From: Podarcis cretensis
Taxonomy: Eukaryota
NCBI GenBank assembly: GCA_951804945.1
Contig: OX638152.1
Span: forward strand, 29,326,001 to 29,390,000
Direction of reading: 5' to 3'
DNA length: 64,000 bases
A program made the translations under genes and the position numbers. Positions 61,206 to 64,000 of this stretch are shown piece after piece; the first letter of the stretch is position 1; each line of letters starts with the position of its first letter. The notes beneath the pieces were generated by a model. It searched no databases, was not told the DNA's origin, and was given only the letters and a program-made list of their open reading frames with translations.

Positions 61206-61417
61206 AGCAACAATATAAACTGCAGCCCCATAGTAAACCTCTCTCTCTCTAATATGCAAAGTCTCAGTAGTGGACTATCTACTCTTTGTGGGAGGCGGGA
61301 GCACTTAAAGCAGAATTTCCACTGTCCTATGATTCTCCAAAATAAATGATCTTGTACATCTTTACTTGGAAATGAGTCTTGCTGAGCTTCAATGGTTATA
61401 ACTCTCTAACTGTGATA

Positions 61418-61643
61418 CAGTGGTACCTCGGGTTACATACGCTTCGGGTTACAGACTCCGCTAACCCAGAAATAGTGCTTCAGGTTAAGAACTTTGCTTC
61501 AGGATGAGAACAGAAATCGTGCTCCGGCGGCGTGGCAGCTGCAGGAGACCCCATTAGCTAACATGGTGCTTCAGGTTAAGAACAGTTTTAGGTTAAGTAC
61601 GGACCTCCGGAACGAATTAAGTACTTAACTCGAGGTACCACTG
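61418..61643. mobile_element. Tc1/mariner (Tigger-like) MITE, copy 2
   Basis: TA|cagtggtacctcgggtta ... taactcgaggtaccactg|TA (17 of 18 TIR). Confidence 0.9.
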
Positions 61644-62802
61644 TATAATTTTACATGCATTTACTCAGAAGTAATCCCCATGAGTTCAGTGAGACATACT
61701 CCCAGATAAGTGAGTATTCAATAGCAACCCTAATGACTGTTTTAAAATATACAAGGCAGCAGTGCTTTCAGTAATGCTTCCTTTGCCAGTGTGAGGAATG
61801 TCTCTAAATGTCCCCATTAATGACTGCTGGAGAAATTATTTTGATGAGTGATATGAAATGCATCTCCTCTGGAACACATTCTTTAAATATTCTAATTCCG
61901 GATGAAGCCATGACAGATTATCCAAAAAGTCAACACTCATGCAAGTTTTTCCCCAAACTACACTTTAAAGCAGATTAAGCTGTGATTAAAAATGTGGAAT
62001 TCAGGGTGGCCCAAGTCACTGAGCTGCCTGAGACAAAGCACAAGATGGTGCTCCCCCAACCTGTGTTCCACAATTTGCAGCTGCACTGACAACTGAATCT
62101 TAACCTCAACATTGTCCATCTGCCAATGTCTTCCACTGCATCCCAAGGCAGTTCAGAAAATGTCTGAACCACACCTTTATTCAGAAGTCTATCGGGCGGT
62201 GAACATAAAAGCAACGCAGTATTAAGACCAACAACTAATAAAATCAAAACAACATGAAATTTGAGGAAAATGCTTAGAGGTTGCAGGACAGGCAAAGCTC
62301 TTTCAGCCAACACCTTGCTACATCTGTCCCCAACCCCCTCCATGGCATCCACATTTTTCTGCCTAGTGGTAGGGTTAGTCCTGATGGAATGTCATTTTCC
62401 TGCCTTTCTTCTTTTACTGACTGGATGAAGCAACTGTCCACATTGTACTTCAGTGTGTCAAGAGGACTGGAGGCAACTGCTTACCTGGGCATCATAAAAT
62501 AAAAATCTGAAATATTGGCTTAGGGTAGAAGGTAAATAACTGCTGTTGGCTTGCAAAAAGCTGAAGCTAGCACCTAGGATTTGCTGCTTTTTCCTTTTTG
62601 AGCCGTGCTCTTCAACGGTCTATAAAATATGGTATCCATTCCTAAATGTCATTGCTATATAACTGGTGGACAGCCATGCATCCTGTCTCCATTTGCAGTT
62701 CTTTCTTTGCTGCTTTCTGCTGCTTGCTTTGTGCTGGTAAAACTCACTCTCAGTGTCTCTGTGGTCTGTAACTTTCAGCAGTAGCTGTGTTGCCCTATTG
62801 CA

Positions 62803-62890
62803 GCAAAACAACAGAGTGTCCCCAGGCACCTTGAAGACTAACAGGTTTATTGTGGGATACATTTTCATAGGCCTCACCGCCCGCTTTCAC
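62803..62890. mobile_element. Penelope-like element terminal fragment (degraded)
   Basis: gcaaaacaacagagtgtccccaggcaccttgaagactaacaggtttattgtggg, similar to 46984-47060. Confidence 0.5.
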
Positions 62891-64000
62891 TTTTCATTTT
62901 CAATCACATACAGCTTATTTCATGATCTTCCTTGTAGTTCTTCTTTGTGCCTTTTTCTTTCTCTCCAAATATTTAAGTGTAGATAAATCTTAAAAATTTA
63001 CTACGGAAGATGTCAAAGGGAAACCCCTTGCTGCATCTTTTATTCTAGTAGTACATCAGAAGAACCACGTCAAATAGAGGTTGCACTTAAAGCTAACTAA
63101 CAAAATTAAAAGCTGAATAACATTTACCCATACATTCTCGAAAAAACTTGGATGTGAAATACCTGAACTTACATGTGTATGCAAATCTGGCTTCTCGTTA
63201 AAAGACTTGAAAGTGGTCAAGATATTATTTTTATTTTATTTTATTTTAAAAACAAGAAAACTACAGACTTATCCGCCTAACCCCTTTTCCAGGCAAGCAC
63301 AGAATGCATTATGAAAGCTAGAATGGTACATATAACCAATCTTGTTGAGGAACAGTCAATGTGCTTGTTACAAAGGGAGGTTTGTCTCACTAACGTTTTA
63401 AGTTCTTCTACACCAGCTGCTTTTCTTGAGAGATGTACTGAAAACAGCTTGTGCAGTCTGTACCTCATCACTGTACTAGCCTTAATTAGGATTGATTTTG
63501 GAGGGAGGGGGTTAGTGGGTACTTTTTAAAGGAAGCACTCATTTTATCTGTATGTTGTCTCATGATGCCTGTCAAACAGCAGGCTGGAGTACATGTACAC
63601 ACAACCACGCACACACACCAGCAGCAGCGAAAGGTTTTTCCAGCTTTTCTACTTAATGCAGTTCTCCCCCACTGTTCTTCTCTATAGGGTGAAGTCCATC
63701 TTCACATGCATCTCCATGCCTCATCTGTTGGTAGGAAAGATATGCAGTTCGTTTCTTTATGCTGTGCCATGAAAACTAATAGCACAGGACTTTATCAGGG
63801 CAAAGAGAGACAAATGTGAGAGACCCTACTTGTCCCAGAAATAAACAATTTGGTGCAGACACATAACCTTAAAAGGGATTTTTTTTCTTTTTCTTTTAGG
63901 GGTAAGAGTAGCTGCTCATTTACACAGAACACATCCAGTAGACATGATCTTCTTGGGTTGTCAAATAGGCTTTTGCCAAAGCCCCCCTGATTGATATAGT

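Overview
Vertebrate genomic DNA from a squamate reptile, probably a lacertid lizard (inferred from the Sauria SINEs, Bov-B LINE and tRNA-Lys/CR1-tailed SINE). The window lies inside neurobeachin (NBEA, + strand) and holds three internal coding exons (13312-13436, 28875-29018, 48181-48317; DUF1088 region into the PH-like domain before BEACH). These splice in frame with canonical AG/GT sites. The intronless developmental gene MAB21L1 (CDS 51869-50790, - strand, 359 aa) is nested antisense in the intron after the third exon. It sits in a cluster of CpG islands (about 40-55 kb) with homeodomain-motif-rich candidate enhancers. The rest is AT-rich intron with SINEs, LINE fragments (Bov-B, L2, L1, CR1, RTE), Tc1/mariner- and hAT-type MITEs, microsatellites and one 131-N gap. 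The nested arrangement is known biology. The least explained signals are: (1) a 5'-half tRNA-Arg(UCU) retrocopy with a perfect 17-bp target-site duplication and no tail; (2) a complex MAB21L1 leader with two uORFs, a (GGC)7 tract and a stop-free, coding-like in-frame extension with near-cognate UUG starts; (3) a back-to-back TATA plus a + strand splice donor at the MAB21L1 promoter, suggesting a divergent short NBEA isoform; (4) an inverted pair of young Sauria SINEs bracketing two exons, a circRNA-type arrangement; (5) a MITE built of nested long palindromes. Repeat family names come from recognition, not from a database search.
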